From: Deltaproteobacteria bacterium
Lineage (GTDB): Bacteria > Myxococcota_A > Polyangia > Fen-1088
Direction of reading: 5' to 3'
Assembly (NCBI GenBank): GCA_033763315.1
Contig: JANRKS010000019.1
Location: 224,001-288,000, forward strand
Length of the DNA stretch: 64,000 bases
The first letter of the stretch is position 1; each line of letters opens with the position of its first letter. Shown here in pieces: positions 17,671 to 26,257 of this stretch. Position numbers and translations under genes: made by a program. The notes under the pieces were generated by a model. That model saw nothing but the letters and a program-made list of their open reading frames with translations, searched no databases and was not told the origin of the DNA.

Positions 17671-20159
17671 GAATGCGCCTCTTCCATTTCGGGCGCGTGC
17701 GGCTCGCGGGCCAAACGCACCAAGCTGGCCAAACGTTCGAGGCCATCGCCCATGCGTTCAAGTTCGGCCATCACAACGGCGCTGCCATGCGCGGAATCGG
17801 CGTGCGCCGACATCACAGCCACTTCGTGCGTCAACCGCTCAAGTTCACCGGCCAGCGCGTCCAGACGCGGTTGCAGCGGTTCCAATGTGGCGTGCATTGT
17901 GCGCGTGGCGTCCACCAATTTGCCCGCGGCTTTTTCCAGCCGATCGCCGCTCACCAACATCGCGTCGCCCAACCCCGAAACCAACGACGACGCCGTGGCG
18001 TGCAATGTCTCGGCGTGGCCACGAACGGCGCTGTCCACCGCAGAGGCAGTTTGTTGGCCCAAGCCCGAGAGCAACGATTCGGTGCGCGCCGCCATGCTGC
18101 CCAAGCTTTCGATCACGCTGTGGCTTGCTTCCACCAACGAGCCCGACGCTTGTGTGATCATCGTGGCCGCGCTCTCCGAAAGCACGCGGTTCGTTTCGGC
18201 CAACGCCGTTTCTGTGCGCGAGGCGAGGGTGGCAAAGCCTTCGCTGATGTTACGACCCGTTTGTTCCAGGTGGGCGTGGGTGGCAATCGTGTTGCTGGCC
18301 ACAGCCGCCAGCACGCTGCGGCTTGTTTCTTCTAGCAGCGTTTTGGTGCTTTGTGTGTTGGCGTTCAATGCACCCATCACGCCTTGGCTGGTTTGCTCCA
18401 GGTTTGAAGAAAGCGTCGACGCCAAGGTCGAAAGCGTGCCATTGAAACGCTCCTCGGCTTGCGACAAACGAGCTGTCGCCTCGTTTGATGTTTGCCCCAA
18501 GGCCAACGCCACACGCTCAGCCACCGTGGCCAGCGCCGCACTGGCTTCCTCCGTGGCCCGCGCCATGCGCTCAGCCGAACGTTCGCTTGAAAGCGTCAGT
18601 CCCTCTGCCTGCGCCACCGTGGCTGCCGACAAAGCGTCAACCACTTTTTGTCCCGTGGCCGCCAACGCCGCACTGGTGTTCTGCGCTTGCGCGCCTAAGG
18701 CGCCCGACACGTCATCCGCGCGGCGTACCAAGGCGTGCAGCTCTTCCAGGTTTTGCGCCAACGAAGATGCCAGAACTTTGCGTTCCGATGACTCCGCCAA
18801 AAATAGCGGTGCCAATGTGTCGGACAACGCCTTCGCCGCTTCGGCCACCGCGGCGCCCGTTCGCTCCACCGATGTTTGTGCCGACGTGGTCACAGATTCC
18901 ACAAGCGACGCCACAGACGTGGATACATCTCGCGACAGCGCTTGTCGCTCTTTCTCAGCGTCGGCCAACAAGCGCGAGGCCAAGTCGGCATTGGCCTGCG
19001 CGGCCTGCGCGAGGTGCGCCTGCGCTGTGGCCACAACCTTTTGCAGGTGCTCGGTCATCTGTTCTGCAACCATCGCCGATTGCAGCGCCGAATCTTCCGC
19101 GTGCTTTGTGGCCGCGGCCGCGCTCGCTTCAAGCCGCTGGGCCAACGACGCCACAACCTCATCTGCATTCTTCACAAGCCCGGCCGCCACCTTCGTGACA
19201 GTGCCATCAAGGTGCTGTGCCTGTTGCCGCGTGGCCTCCGCCAAAGTTTTTGCAACGGTGTCGGTTAAGCCTTGCAGCTGGGCTTCCACTTTCACCGCCG
19301 TCTTGGAAAGCTCAGCGGATGTTTGCTTGGTGTGCGTGCCAACGACGTCGGCCATCTGCAGGGCGCCAACCGAAAGCTCTTTCGCCAACGCTGTCATGCG
19401 CTCGTCTTGCGACTTGTTCAAGGCTTCTGTCGCTTGTTTAAGCGCACCCGCCACCGCTTGCGCGATCTCCGTATGCAACCCTTCAAGCACGCGCACGGTG
19501 CGTTCGTTGGCATCGCGCTCAAGGGGCCACAACGCGGGGACCAACTGGTGGTGGGTCAGATCTTCAAGCGTCGCCAGCGCCTGCTCTTCGTGAAGCACCA
19601 GATCGCCTTGTGCCAACGAAAGTGCGAGCGTCACGACGATCGCCACAAGGCTGGCCCCGAAGGTCACATGCAAACCTGAAAGCGGCGCGGCCAATAAGCT
19701 CAGCGCTTTGCCTGCTCCATCATCGGCCAAAAGCGGCGCCACTTTGCCCAATGTCTCCATCAGGCCTGCGAACGTGCCCACCAACCCCACAAGCACAGTG
19801 GTGGCCACGAGATAACGCCCGAAGTACGCGCGGCTCGCTTCTTTCGCCGCCGAGGCTTCGGCTAAAGCGCGCAGATCCGGGCGCGCGCCCGACGCCTTGA
19901 TCGCTTCCAAGCGTTGGCGCCGCTCTTCGTAAAGGGTGCCCGCGGGCGCCTTCGCCGCCATCCCCGCGAGCTCCACGTGGATGCGCCGACGGGCCAGGCC
20001 CAGACTCGCCATGCCCGCAACTGTTATCACTGCCAGCACAACGACGGCCGCGATGCCCAAGGCCAACCCGTGCTCGGCATACGTTCGCAACGCCGAAACG
20101 GCGGCGAATAAACCAACCACGGCCAAAACGGCGGCCAATGCCCATCGCACGCGACTCAT
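17667..20159 (-). CDS. MotA/TolQ/ExbB-like channel subunit with very long helical C-terminal tail (ZorA-like architecture)
   Basis: Four hydrophobic segments including VLVGLVGTFAGL and PLSGLHVTFGASL, then ~640 Ala/Leu/Ser/Thr/Glu-rich residues almost free of Pro and aromatics. GGAGG SD and ATGA overlap at 20156-20159. Confidence 0.8.
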   Translation of the reverse strand: MSRVRWALAAVLAVVGLFAAVSALRTYAEHGLALGIAAVVVLAVITVAGMASLGLARRRIHVELAGMAAKAPAGTLYEERRQRLEAIKASGARPDLRALAEASAAKEASRAYFGRYLVATTVLVGLVGTFAGLMETLGKVAPLLADDGAGKALSLLAAPLSGLHVTFGASLVAIVVTLALSLAQGDLVLHEEQALATLEDLTHHQLVPALWPLERDANERTVRVLEGLHTEIAQAVAGALKQATEALNKSQDERMTALAKELSVGALQMADVVGTHTKQTSAELSKTAVKVEAQLQGLTDTVAKTLAEATRQQAQHLDGTVTKVAAGLVKNADEVVASLAQRLEASAAAATKHAEDSALQSAMVAEQMTEHLQKVVATAQAHLAQAAQANADLASRLLADAEKERQALSRDVSTSVASLVESVTTSAQTSVERTGAAVAEAAKALSDTLAPLFLAESSERKVLASSLAQNLEELHALVRRADDVSGALGAQAQNTSAALAATGQKVVDALSAATVAQAEGLTLSSERSAERMARATEEASAALATVAERVALALGQTSNEATARLSQAEERFNGTLSTLASTLSSNLEQTSQGVMGALNANTQSTKTLLEETSRSVLAAVASNTIATHAHLEQTGRNISEGFATLASRTETALAETNRVLSESAATMITQASGSLVEASHSVIESLGSMAARTESLLSGLGQQTASAVDSAVRGHAETLHATASSLVSGLGDAMLVSGDRLEKAAGKLVDATRTMHATLEPLQPRLDALAGELERLTHEVAVMSAHADSAHGSAVVMAELERMGDGLERLASLVRLAREPHAPEMEEAHS

Positions 20160-20686
20160 ACCCACCTCCGGGCCAACTCGTGGAGGGCGGGGGCCAGGTC
20201 TAAGAAGGGACGTCCGTGTGGCATGAGATCTCTATCGTCCATTGCTTCCATTCGTGTGCGTAATCGAATCAGGGAGGGCAGCCGCGTTTCCAACAACGAG
20301 ACAACGGCAAAAGCGGTTCGCAACGCCCACAAGCCTTCGGTGGCCAGCGCCACCACGGCCGGCTCCCCCATCAAGACCGCATAGCGCAAGTCTTGGCGGG
20401 CCAAGAGCAGCATCTCGAGGGCGTCCTCGTCGAGCAGTGCCATGGAGCCAGTTTGCTCCCAGGCCCACGTCGCCGAACGCAGCGCCGCGGGCAGGCGCTC
20501 ATCCACCAAAGTCGCCATGCGGGCCAACGTGTTTCGGACATGCCGACGAACCCCCTCGGCCGTCGGCAAAGCTTCAGGCGCAGGTTCGCCGGCACCCGAG
20601 GGACGCCACGGGTTTTTTCGTCGCGGCAGGGGTGCAAGCGCGGGCGTAACAGCCGGAGCCCCGGGCAAAGCGGTCACCATGCGCAA
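20156..20686 (-). CDS. hypothetical protein (gene 1 of the MotAB-like operon)
   Basis: 176-aa ORF with a Pro-rich N-terminus then helical core. Stop overlaps the MotA-like ATG. Start is TTG 20686 or ATG 20680. Confidence 0.65.
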   Translation of the reverse strand: MRMVTALPGAPAVTPALAPLPRRKNPWRPSGAGEPAPEALPTAEGVRRHVRNTLARMATLVDERLPAALRSATWAWEQTGSMALLDEDALEMLLLARQDLRYAVLMGEPAVVALATEGLWALRTAFAVVSLLETRLPSLIRLRTRMEAMDDRDLMPHGRPFLDLAPALHELARRWV

Positions 20687-20722
20687 CAGATCGAGGAGGG
20701 GTCGCGTGCGAATAAGGGTCGC

Positions 20723-20752
20723 ACGTTAGGGGTTCACATTCCACCCTGTCAA
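20723..20752 (-). promoter_or_regulatory. putative sigma70 promoter of the four-gene operon
   Basis: TTGACA-N18-TAACGT on the minus strand. Confidence 0.5.
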
Positions 20753-20822
20753 CCCGCCGCTCGACCCGCGGAAAAACCCATACAGTTCCCGCAACTTGCC
20801 CTGTTTTAGCCTGTGGTTAGGC

Positions 20823-20831
20823 TGTGGATAA
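20823..20831 (-). promoter_or_regulatory. perfect DnaA box (TTATCCACA)
   Basis: The + strand reads TGTGGATAA in an intergenic region, with a degenerate copy TGTGGTTAG at 20812-20820. Confidence 0.45.
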
Positions 20832-20844
20832 TTTGCCGGGCGCC

Positions 20845-21918
20845 TTAGATGGCGGGCAGGCACGCCCCATAGGTGTTGTAGACGGGGTTCGTCAGCTTTT
20901 CGCAGGTTCGGCCGGGGCCGCACGTGGCGGGCTCGGTCAGCTTGCAGATAGGCCGGCAGGCGAGGGCGCCTCCCGTCATCACGCAGAAGGTGCCTGGTTG
21001 GCAATCGCCCGTGGTTTGGCAGGTTGCGCCTTCGCCACCGAATTGGGTGGATACGACGCACGCACAGTCCGCCACTTCTTGTGAAAACACGATGCAGCGC
21101 AAGCCTTCCGCACAGCCGGCTTTTGCTTCGCCGCGCGGGTCGCACGGTTGCGAACAGGTGCGGACGCCCGAAGGAACGTTGTTGCCGCAGACTTGTTCGC
21201 GGAAGCACGTGGCGCCGTTGGCGCAATCCGCGTTGGTGCGGCACAACTTCTGGCACACCTTCGGACCGCAGTTCTCCTGGGCGCATTGCGATCCGGGCGC
21301 ACACTCGCCCGGGCCCGTGCAAAGTTCGCCCGGCTGTTTCGTGCCCGCAGCCACGCACTTCGACGTGGGCTTGTCACCCAAGCACGAAAGGCCACACGTG
21401 CCGTTGGCGCCGCAGGCGTTCACATCACCCACGGTGCACATCATCAAGCTTGCATCTGCGCCGGCATCTGATGACCCGCCGTCGCTCACACCGCCGTCAT
21501 TCTGCACGGGCGGCTTGGCGCCTTTGGTCACCAGCACCGTGGCGTACGCGATGCGACCCGCCGCGATCTGCACGTTGGGGTTTTCGCCATATCCAAGCAC
21601 ATTGCCGCTCACATCGAGTGCGGTGGCGCTCAGCATGGCTTTGCCCACGAAAGCGTCTGAAAAGCTGACCGACAAGGTCGTGTCCGTCAGTTGCGTGAGC
21701 TCCAGCATGGGTCCCGGCTTTGAGCCGTATGTCAGATCGTCGGTCATGCCCGACGCTGTCAACTGCAAACGAACCTGCGCCACTCCCGGGATCGGATCGC
21801 TAAACGCGCGCAAGGCCACCACGATGTAGGATCGCCCCTGCGTACATGCACCGAGCAGCGCCAACAAGGGCAGGATGGCTAGACGGCTCCAGGCCGTTTT
21901 CAGGTTAGCGGAACGCAC
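20845..21918 (-). CDS. myxobacterial Cys-rich-repeat lipoprotein
   Basis: GTG start overlapping the upstream stop. MRSANLK...LLGAC lipobox, beta-rich domain, DGG linker, then repeated C-x(4-5)-C-x(2)-G-x(2)-C modules. Confidence 0.8.
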   Translation of the reverse strand: MRSANLKTAWSRLAILPLLALLGACTQGRSYIVVALRAFSDPIPGVAQVRLQLTASGMTDDLTYGSKPGPMLELTQLTDTTLSVSFSDAFVGKAMLSATALDVSGNVLGYGENPNVQIAAGRIAYATVLVTKGAKPPVQNDGGVSDGGSSDAGADASLMMCTVGDVNACGANGTCGLSCLGDKPTSKCVAAGTKQPGELCTGPGECAPGSQCAQENCGPKVCQKLCRTNADCANGATCFREQVCGNNVPSGVRTCSQPCDPRGEAKAGCAEGLRCIVFSQEVADCACVVSTQFGGEGATCQTTGDCQPGTFCVMTGGALACRPICKLTEPATCGPGRTCEKLTNPVYNTYGACLPAI

Positions 21919-22288
21919 GCATATCCCCCAAGATCGTCTTCGGTTCTTCTTGCGAGCGGCCCGCCACAAGGACGATGGCCACAGTCGTTGCCACAACACC
22001 GGCAGCGGCGGCCCAAAACCACCACGTCTCCGTGATGGGGCGCTGTTGCTCCGTGGGGTGGGGCCGCAAGTCCATTCCGGTCTCGCTGTCTTGACCGTCT
22101 TGCGGAGGGGTGACCGTGGGAAGTGGCACGGCAGCGCTTGCGTTGGCCGTTCCGGTGGCGGTGACGGCCGCGGGGGGCGGCGTGGTGCTGGCGGGGGCTT
22201 GCGCCCAAGCCGCCGAGGAAACGCCCCAGATGCCCACAAGGAGCGTCGAGGCAACCACTGCCATTCGCAAGCTATGCATGTATTTCAC
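21905..22288 (-). CDS. small secreted/membrane protein with C-terminal WWFW hydrophobic segment
   Basis: Signal peptide (AWA-Q), Pro/Thr/Ala linker, RPITETWWFWAAAAGVV. Confidence 0.7.
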   Translation of the reverse strand: MKYMHSLRMAVVASTLLVGIWGVSSAAWAQAPASTTPPPAAVTATGTANASAAVPLPTVTPPQDGQDSETGMDLRPHPTEQQRPITETWWFWAAAAGVVATTVAIVLVAGRSQEEPKTILGDMRAFR

Positions 22289-22321
22289 CCCTACACCTTT
22301 ACGACGCCCACCACGAATTCT

Positions 22322-22750
22322 TTATTCGGTGACCCGTTCCCAGGTGGCGGATTCCAGGTTCCACGTGAAGTTATCTTTGTAGAACGTTAGCTTAACTTCG
22401 CTTTCGGTGCGCGAGCCGTCGCCTTGGAACGTGATGAAAACACCTTCGTACGAATTCTCTGAGCCCTCAATGGGGCCGATGCGGAACATTTCCATGTCGT
22501 CGGCCACGCCCACCAGCTCCTGCAGGAACTTCCCCTTGTGCACCAACACGCCCACGTAGCCGCCGCCACGCTTGCGGAACTGCACCACCCGTTGGTCAAG
22601 ACGGCCTGAGATCACCACCAGCTTGTACTTGGCGCCGTCCAGTTCGTCCTTCTTTAAGGGGACGGCCGGGGTTGAGGCGCAGCCCACGAAGGTGGCGCAC
22701 AGGGTGAAAGCAGCAAGAACTTGGAACGCGCGGCGTGCGATTTTGTGCAT
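22322..22750 (-). CDS. hypothetical lipoprotein (small beta-rich)
   Basis: FVGC lipobox after a hydrophobic stretch; GC-biased third positions. Confidence 0.7.
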   Translation of the reverse strand: MHKIARRAFQVLAAFTLCATFVGCASTPAVPLKKDELDGAKYKLVVISGRLDQRVVQFRKRGGGYVGVLVHKGKFLQELVGVADDMEMFRIGPIEGSENSYEGVFITFQGDGSRTESEVKLTFYKDNFTWNLESATWERVTE

Positions 22751-22824
22751 GCTTGCAACTACAACGCCCGCGGCCATTGGGTCAAGAGGGACGCGCTGCG
22801 CCCCCCTCAACCCTGATTCGGATC

Positions 22825-24147
22825 CTAGTCGTAGTACTCAGCGCCCAAGTGGGTGATGAGCTCTTCACCCCTCATGTGGCGAAGCGTGTTCTTTAGCTTC
22901 ATCAACTGAATGAAGATATCGTGCTCGGGATAAAGGCCTTCGGGCGTCTGTGGCGACTTCCAGTAGAACGACAGCCATTCTTGAATGCCCTTCATGCCTG
23001 AACGCTGGGCCAAATCCAGGAACAAGGCCAAATCGAGAACGATCGGCGCCGCCAAGATCGAATCGCGGCACAAGAAGTTCACCTTGATCTGCATCTGGTA
23101 CCCCATCCATCCGAAGATGTCGATGTTGTCCCAGCCTTCCTTGTTGTCGCCGCGCGGGGGGTAATAGTTGATACGCACCACGTGGTCGAGCTTGCCGTAC
23201 AGATCCGGGTAAAGGTGCGGCTGCAGGATGTAATCCAACACGCCCATCTTGGAGACTTCCTTGCTCTTGAAAGCTTCGGGATCGTCCAAAACTTCGCCGT
23301 CGCGGTTGCCCAAGATGTTCGTTGAGTACCAACCCTCAACACCCAACAAGCGGGCCTTAAAGCCCGGTGCCAGCAACGTCTTCATGAACGTTTGGCCTGT
23401 CTTGAAGTCTTTGCCCGTCACAGCCACGTTGTTCTTGCGTGCCAGCTCCATCAAAGCAGGCGTGTCGAGCGTGAGGCTGGGCGACCCGTTGGCGTAGGGC
23501 ACGCCCAATTTCAAAGCGGCGTACGCATAGATTTGCGAAGGCGCGATGTCGGGATCGTTTTCCTCCAGGCCCTTTTCGAAGGCTGCCAGCGTGGCGTGGC
23601 AGGCGACGGGTTCGCGATAAACCTCGGTGGAACCGCACCACACCATCACAAGGCGGTCACAGCCGTTTTCCTTGCGGAAGTTTTCGATGTCTTGCATGAC
23701 CTGGGCGGCCAACTCAGCCTTGTTTTTGCCCGTTTTGAAGTGCGTTGCCGTCAACTTCTTCACGTATTCCTGCATGAACACGGCAGGCATGGGCTTGATC
23801 GTGCTCAAGAACTCGCGCAGTTGCTGCAAATGCTCTTTGTTCAAAACGCCGCAGTGAGCGGCAGCTTCGTAAGCGTTGTCGGGAAACAGGTCCCAGCCAC
23901 CGAAGACGATGTCGTTCAGGTCGGCCAGCGGAACGAAATCCTTGATGAGCGGGCTGCGGTTGTCCGTGCGCTTGCCAAGGCGAACGGTGCCCATTTGGGT
24001 GAGCGAACCAATCGGTTTCGATATGCCACGGCGAACAGCTTCAACACCGGCCATAAATGTGGTGGCAACAGCGCCCATGCCGGGCATCAGGATGCCCAAC
24101 TTGCCCTTGGCGGGCTTGATTTCAACTCCGGACTTCGTAAGCGGCAT
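22825..24147 (-). CDS. ino1: myo-inositol-1-phosphate synthase
   Basis: GMGAVATT, FGGWD, WCGSTE, ANGSP, GKDFKTGQT, NILGNRDG and CRDSILAAPIVLDL. Confidence 0.95.
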   Translation of the reverse strand: MPLTKSGVEIKPAKGKLGILMPGMGAVATTFMAGVEAVRRGISKPIGSLTQMGTVRLGKRTDNRSPLIKDFVPLADLNDIVFGGWDLFPDNAYEAAAHCGVLNKEHLQQLREFLSTIKPMPAVFMQEYVKKLTATHFKTGKNKAELAAQVMQDIENFRKENGCDRLVMVWCGSTEVYREPVACHATLAAFEKGLEENDPDIAPSQIYAYAALKLGVPYANGSPSLTLDTPALMELARKNNVAVTGKDFKTGQTFMKTLLAPGFKARLLGVEGWYSTNILGNRDGEVLDDPEAFKSKEVSKMGVLDYILQPHLYPDLYGKLDHVVRINYYPPRGDNKEGWDNIDIFGWMGYQMQIKVNFLCRDSILAAPIVLDLALFLDLAQRSGMKGIQEWLSFYWKSPQTPEGLYPEHDIFIQLMKLKNTLRHMRGEELITHLGAEYYD

Positions 24148-24171
24148 TTTTCTTCCTTTTCGATCGAGTCC

Positions 24172-24212
24172 TCAACACGGGACAGGTGTTGAAGGTGTTG
24201 AATTTTCAACAC
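24172..24212. repeat. four copies of TCAACAC/GTGTTGA in the ino1 leader
   Basis: TCAACAC at 24172-24178, GTGTTGA at 24186-24192 and 24195-24201, TCAACAC at 24206-24212. Includes the perfect palindrome GTGTTGAA-TT-TTCAACAC. Confidence 0.8.
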
Positions 24213-24236
24213 ATCTTTTGCGTATGCACGGCATCA

Positions 24237-24252
24237 AGCAACTACCAGGCCA
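24237..24252 (-). promoter_or_regulatory. putative sigma54 (-24/-12) promoter of ino1
   Basis: The minus strand reads TGGCCTGGTAGTTGCT, which is GG-N10-GC with TTGC. Confidence 0.5.
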
Positions 24253-24422
24253 TGTGCAACAACAACGGTGCTTTCGGAACGCTGCGCAGATGCCGACAAT
24301 GGCAGGTGGTTTCACTTCACGCACACAATTGGTTTTAAATCGTGAGAAATCCTGAGCTAGCTCACGCGGCTGGGTCGAGGGCGCCCTCGTTGGCAGTGCC
24401 CAATCATTCCCTCATGTTGCGC

Positions 24423-24450
24423 TTGGCATCAGGGGCAAATGTGGTAAAAA
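24423..24450 (+). promoter_or_regulatory. rpsB promoter (extended -10)
   Basis: TTGGCA...TGTGGTAAAAA resembles the conserved TGTG-extended rpsB promoter. It is followed by a CACACGC-containing structured leader. Confidence 0.5.
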
Positions 24451-24562
24451 GCTGACCCTTCAAACACCACACGCCGGCTGAGGCCACCGGGCGTGCCGGG
24501 ATTTATCCCGGTTCCGCGTGGCCAGTGACGTCGGCGGAGGAAACAACGCGAAAGGAATGACA

Positions 24563-25459
24563 ATGGAAACGACTGAAACAGTTGCGCCGAACCCTATGGC
24601 TTCGGTGGACAACCCCATCACGCTGCGCGAGCTAATGGAAGCCGGCGTTCACTTCGGCCACCAAACGCGCCGTTGGAACCCAAAGATGAAGCCTTACATC
24701 TTTGGCGCCCGCAACGGCATCCACATCGTTGACTTGCAGTATTCGGTGAAAGCCTTCCGCCGCGCCTTCACGTTTATCGTGAACACGGTGGCCGCTGGCA
24801 AACCCGTGCTGTTCGTTGGCACGAAGAAGCAAGCACAAGACATCATCCGCGAACAAGCCACCCGTTGTGGCCAGTTCTACGTCACCAACCGTTGGTTGGG
24901 TGGCACCTTGACCAACTTCCAAACGGTCAAAGGTTCGATTGAGCGGCTTCGCTCCATCGATAAGATGTCAACCGATGGCACCTTCGAACGCATCACGAAG
25001 AAGGAAGTCATCGGTCTGACCCGCGAGAAGGAAAAGCTTGAGCGCGCCTTGGGCGGCATCAAGGACATGGGCGAATTGCCAGGCGCTGTGTTCATCGTCG
25101 ACGTTGTGCGCGAGCACATCGCGGTGGATGAATCCCGCAAGCTGGAGATCCCGTTGGTGGGCGTGGTTGATACCAACTGCGATCCCGACATGATCGATTA
25201 CGCCATTCCTGGCAACGACGACGCCATCCGCTCAATCAAGCTGTTTGCCACGAAGGTGGCCGACGCGTGCATGCTGGGGCAAAAGTTGGCTCGTGAACGC
25301 GCCGTGCGCGCGCAATCCGCTGCGCCTTCCGATGACGGCCAGACGATTCGCGTGTCATCGGGTGGCGAAGGCCCCAAGGTTGAGGTGGTGTCCCGTCGCC
25401 GCACCGACCTGCCGGCTCCCGAAGCCGCAGCGTCTCCTGAAGACGCTGCCAAAGAATAA
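24563..25459 (+). CDS. rpsB: 30S ribosomal protein S2
   Basis: [28 protein letters not shown] and [17 protein letters not shown]. Confidence 0.98.
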   Translation: METTETVAPNPMASVDNPITLRELMEAGVHFGHQTRRWNPKMKPYIFGARNGIHIVDLQYSVKAFRRAFTFIVNTVAAGKPVLFVGTKKQAQDIIREQATRCGQFYVTNRWLGGTLTNFQTVKGSIERLRSIDKMSTDGTFERITKKEVIGLTREKEKLERALGGIKDMGELPGAVFIVDVVREHIAVDESRKLEIPLVGVVDTNCDPDMIDYAIPGNDDAIRSIKLFATKVADACMLGQKLARERAVRAQSAAPSDDGQTIRVSSGGEGPKVEVVSRRRTDLPAPEAAASPEDAAKE

Positions 25460-25477
25460 CCGGCCCGAATGAGGATG

Positions 25478-25512
25478 AAGGGGCTAGCTGCAATCGCCGC
25501 TGGCCCCTTTTT
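25478..25512 (+). terminator. hairpin plus U-tract between rpsB and tsf (terminator/attenuator)
   Basis: AAGGGGCTAGC...GCTGGCCCCTT followed by TTT. Confidence 0.6.
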
Positions 25513-25572
25513 CTCAGGTGCCGCATGTCCTCCCTCGTTTTTTGTGTTCTTGTTTTTGAAAGGTGAAGTCCG

Positions 25573-26232
25573 ATGGCTGAAATCACAGCAAGCATGATTA
25601 AGGAACTGCGTGACCGTACGGGCGCAGGTATGTCCGATTGTAAAAAGGCCTTGGTCGAGTGTGAAGCCGACATGGATAAGGCGATCGAGTTTTTGCGCCG
25701 CAAGGGCATTGCTTCCGCCGCCAAAAAGTCAGGCCGTTTGGCTTCTGAAGGCGCCGTGTTCAACTATCTGCACGGCAGCCGCATCGGCGTTTTGCTGGAA
25801 GTGAACTGTGAGACCGACTTCGTCGCACGCAACGAGGATTTCCTGGCGTTCGGCCGCGAGGTCTGCATGCAGATCGCCGCCATGAAGCCTGAATACGTCG
25901 CGCCCGAAGAGATCCCCGCGGAAGCCATTGAACGCGAGCGTTCCATTCGCACTGAAGCGGCGAAGACCAGCGGCAAGCCTGAAGCGGTGTGGCCAAAGAT
26001 CGTGGAAGGCCAAATTCAAAAGTGGTTCAAGGACGTTTGTCTGCTGGACCAAGTTTGGGTGAAGGATCCTGAAGGTAAGAAGACCATGCGCGAACTGCAG
26101 ACGGATCTCACGGCCAAAACCGGCGAGAACTGTCGCGTGCGCCGCTTCACCCGTTTCGAGGTGGGCGAGGGGCTTGAAAAGCGCGCTGACGACTTCGTTG
26201 AAGAAGTAAAGCGCCAAGCGGGCCAAGCCTAA
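25573..26232 (+). CDS. tsf: elongation factor Ts (short form)
   Basis: [19 protein letters not shown] and [10 protein letters not shown]. Confidence 0.98.
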   Translation: MAEITASMIKELRDRTGAGMSDCKKALVECEADMDKAIEFLRRKGIASAAKKSGRLASEGAVFNYLHGSRIGVLLEVNCETDFVARNEDFLAFGREVCMQIAAMKPEYVAPEEIPAEAIERERSIRTEAAKTSGKPEAVWPKIVEGQIQKWFKDVCLLDQVWVKDPEGKKTMRELQTDLTAKTGENCRVRRFTRFEVGEGLEKRADDFVEEVKRQAGQA

Positions 26233-26257
26233 GTCGTTTCAAACCAAAGGACACGCG

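Noticed and set aside
17131-19593. 820-aa plus-strand ORF (and the 538-aa ORF at 16541-18157)
   Set aside because: Antisense shadow of the Ala-rich MotA-like gene. It has a Ser/Ala/Cys-rich composition with no motifs, which is typical of GC-rich DNA.
17038-20159. Calling the pair flagellar motAB, tolQR/exbBD or aglRQS
   Set aside because: The partner has a MotB/OmpA domain rather than an ExbD/TolR domain, the A subunit has a huge tail, and there is no flagellar context. The names zorA/zorB were also withheld because no known Zorya effector is present.
22357-22372. parS-like GGTTCCACGTGAAGTT
   Set aside because: Only one half-site fits, there are about five mismatches to the 16-bp palindrome, and it lies inside a coding sequence.
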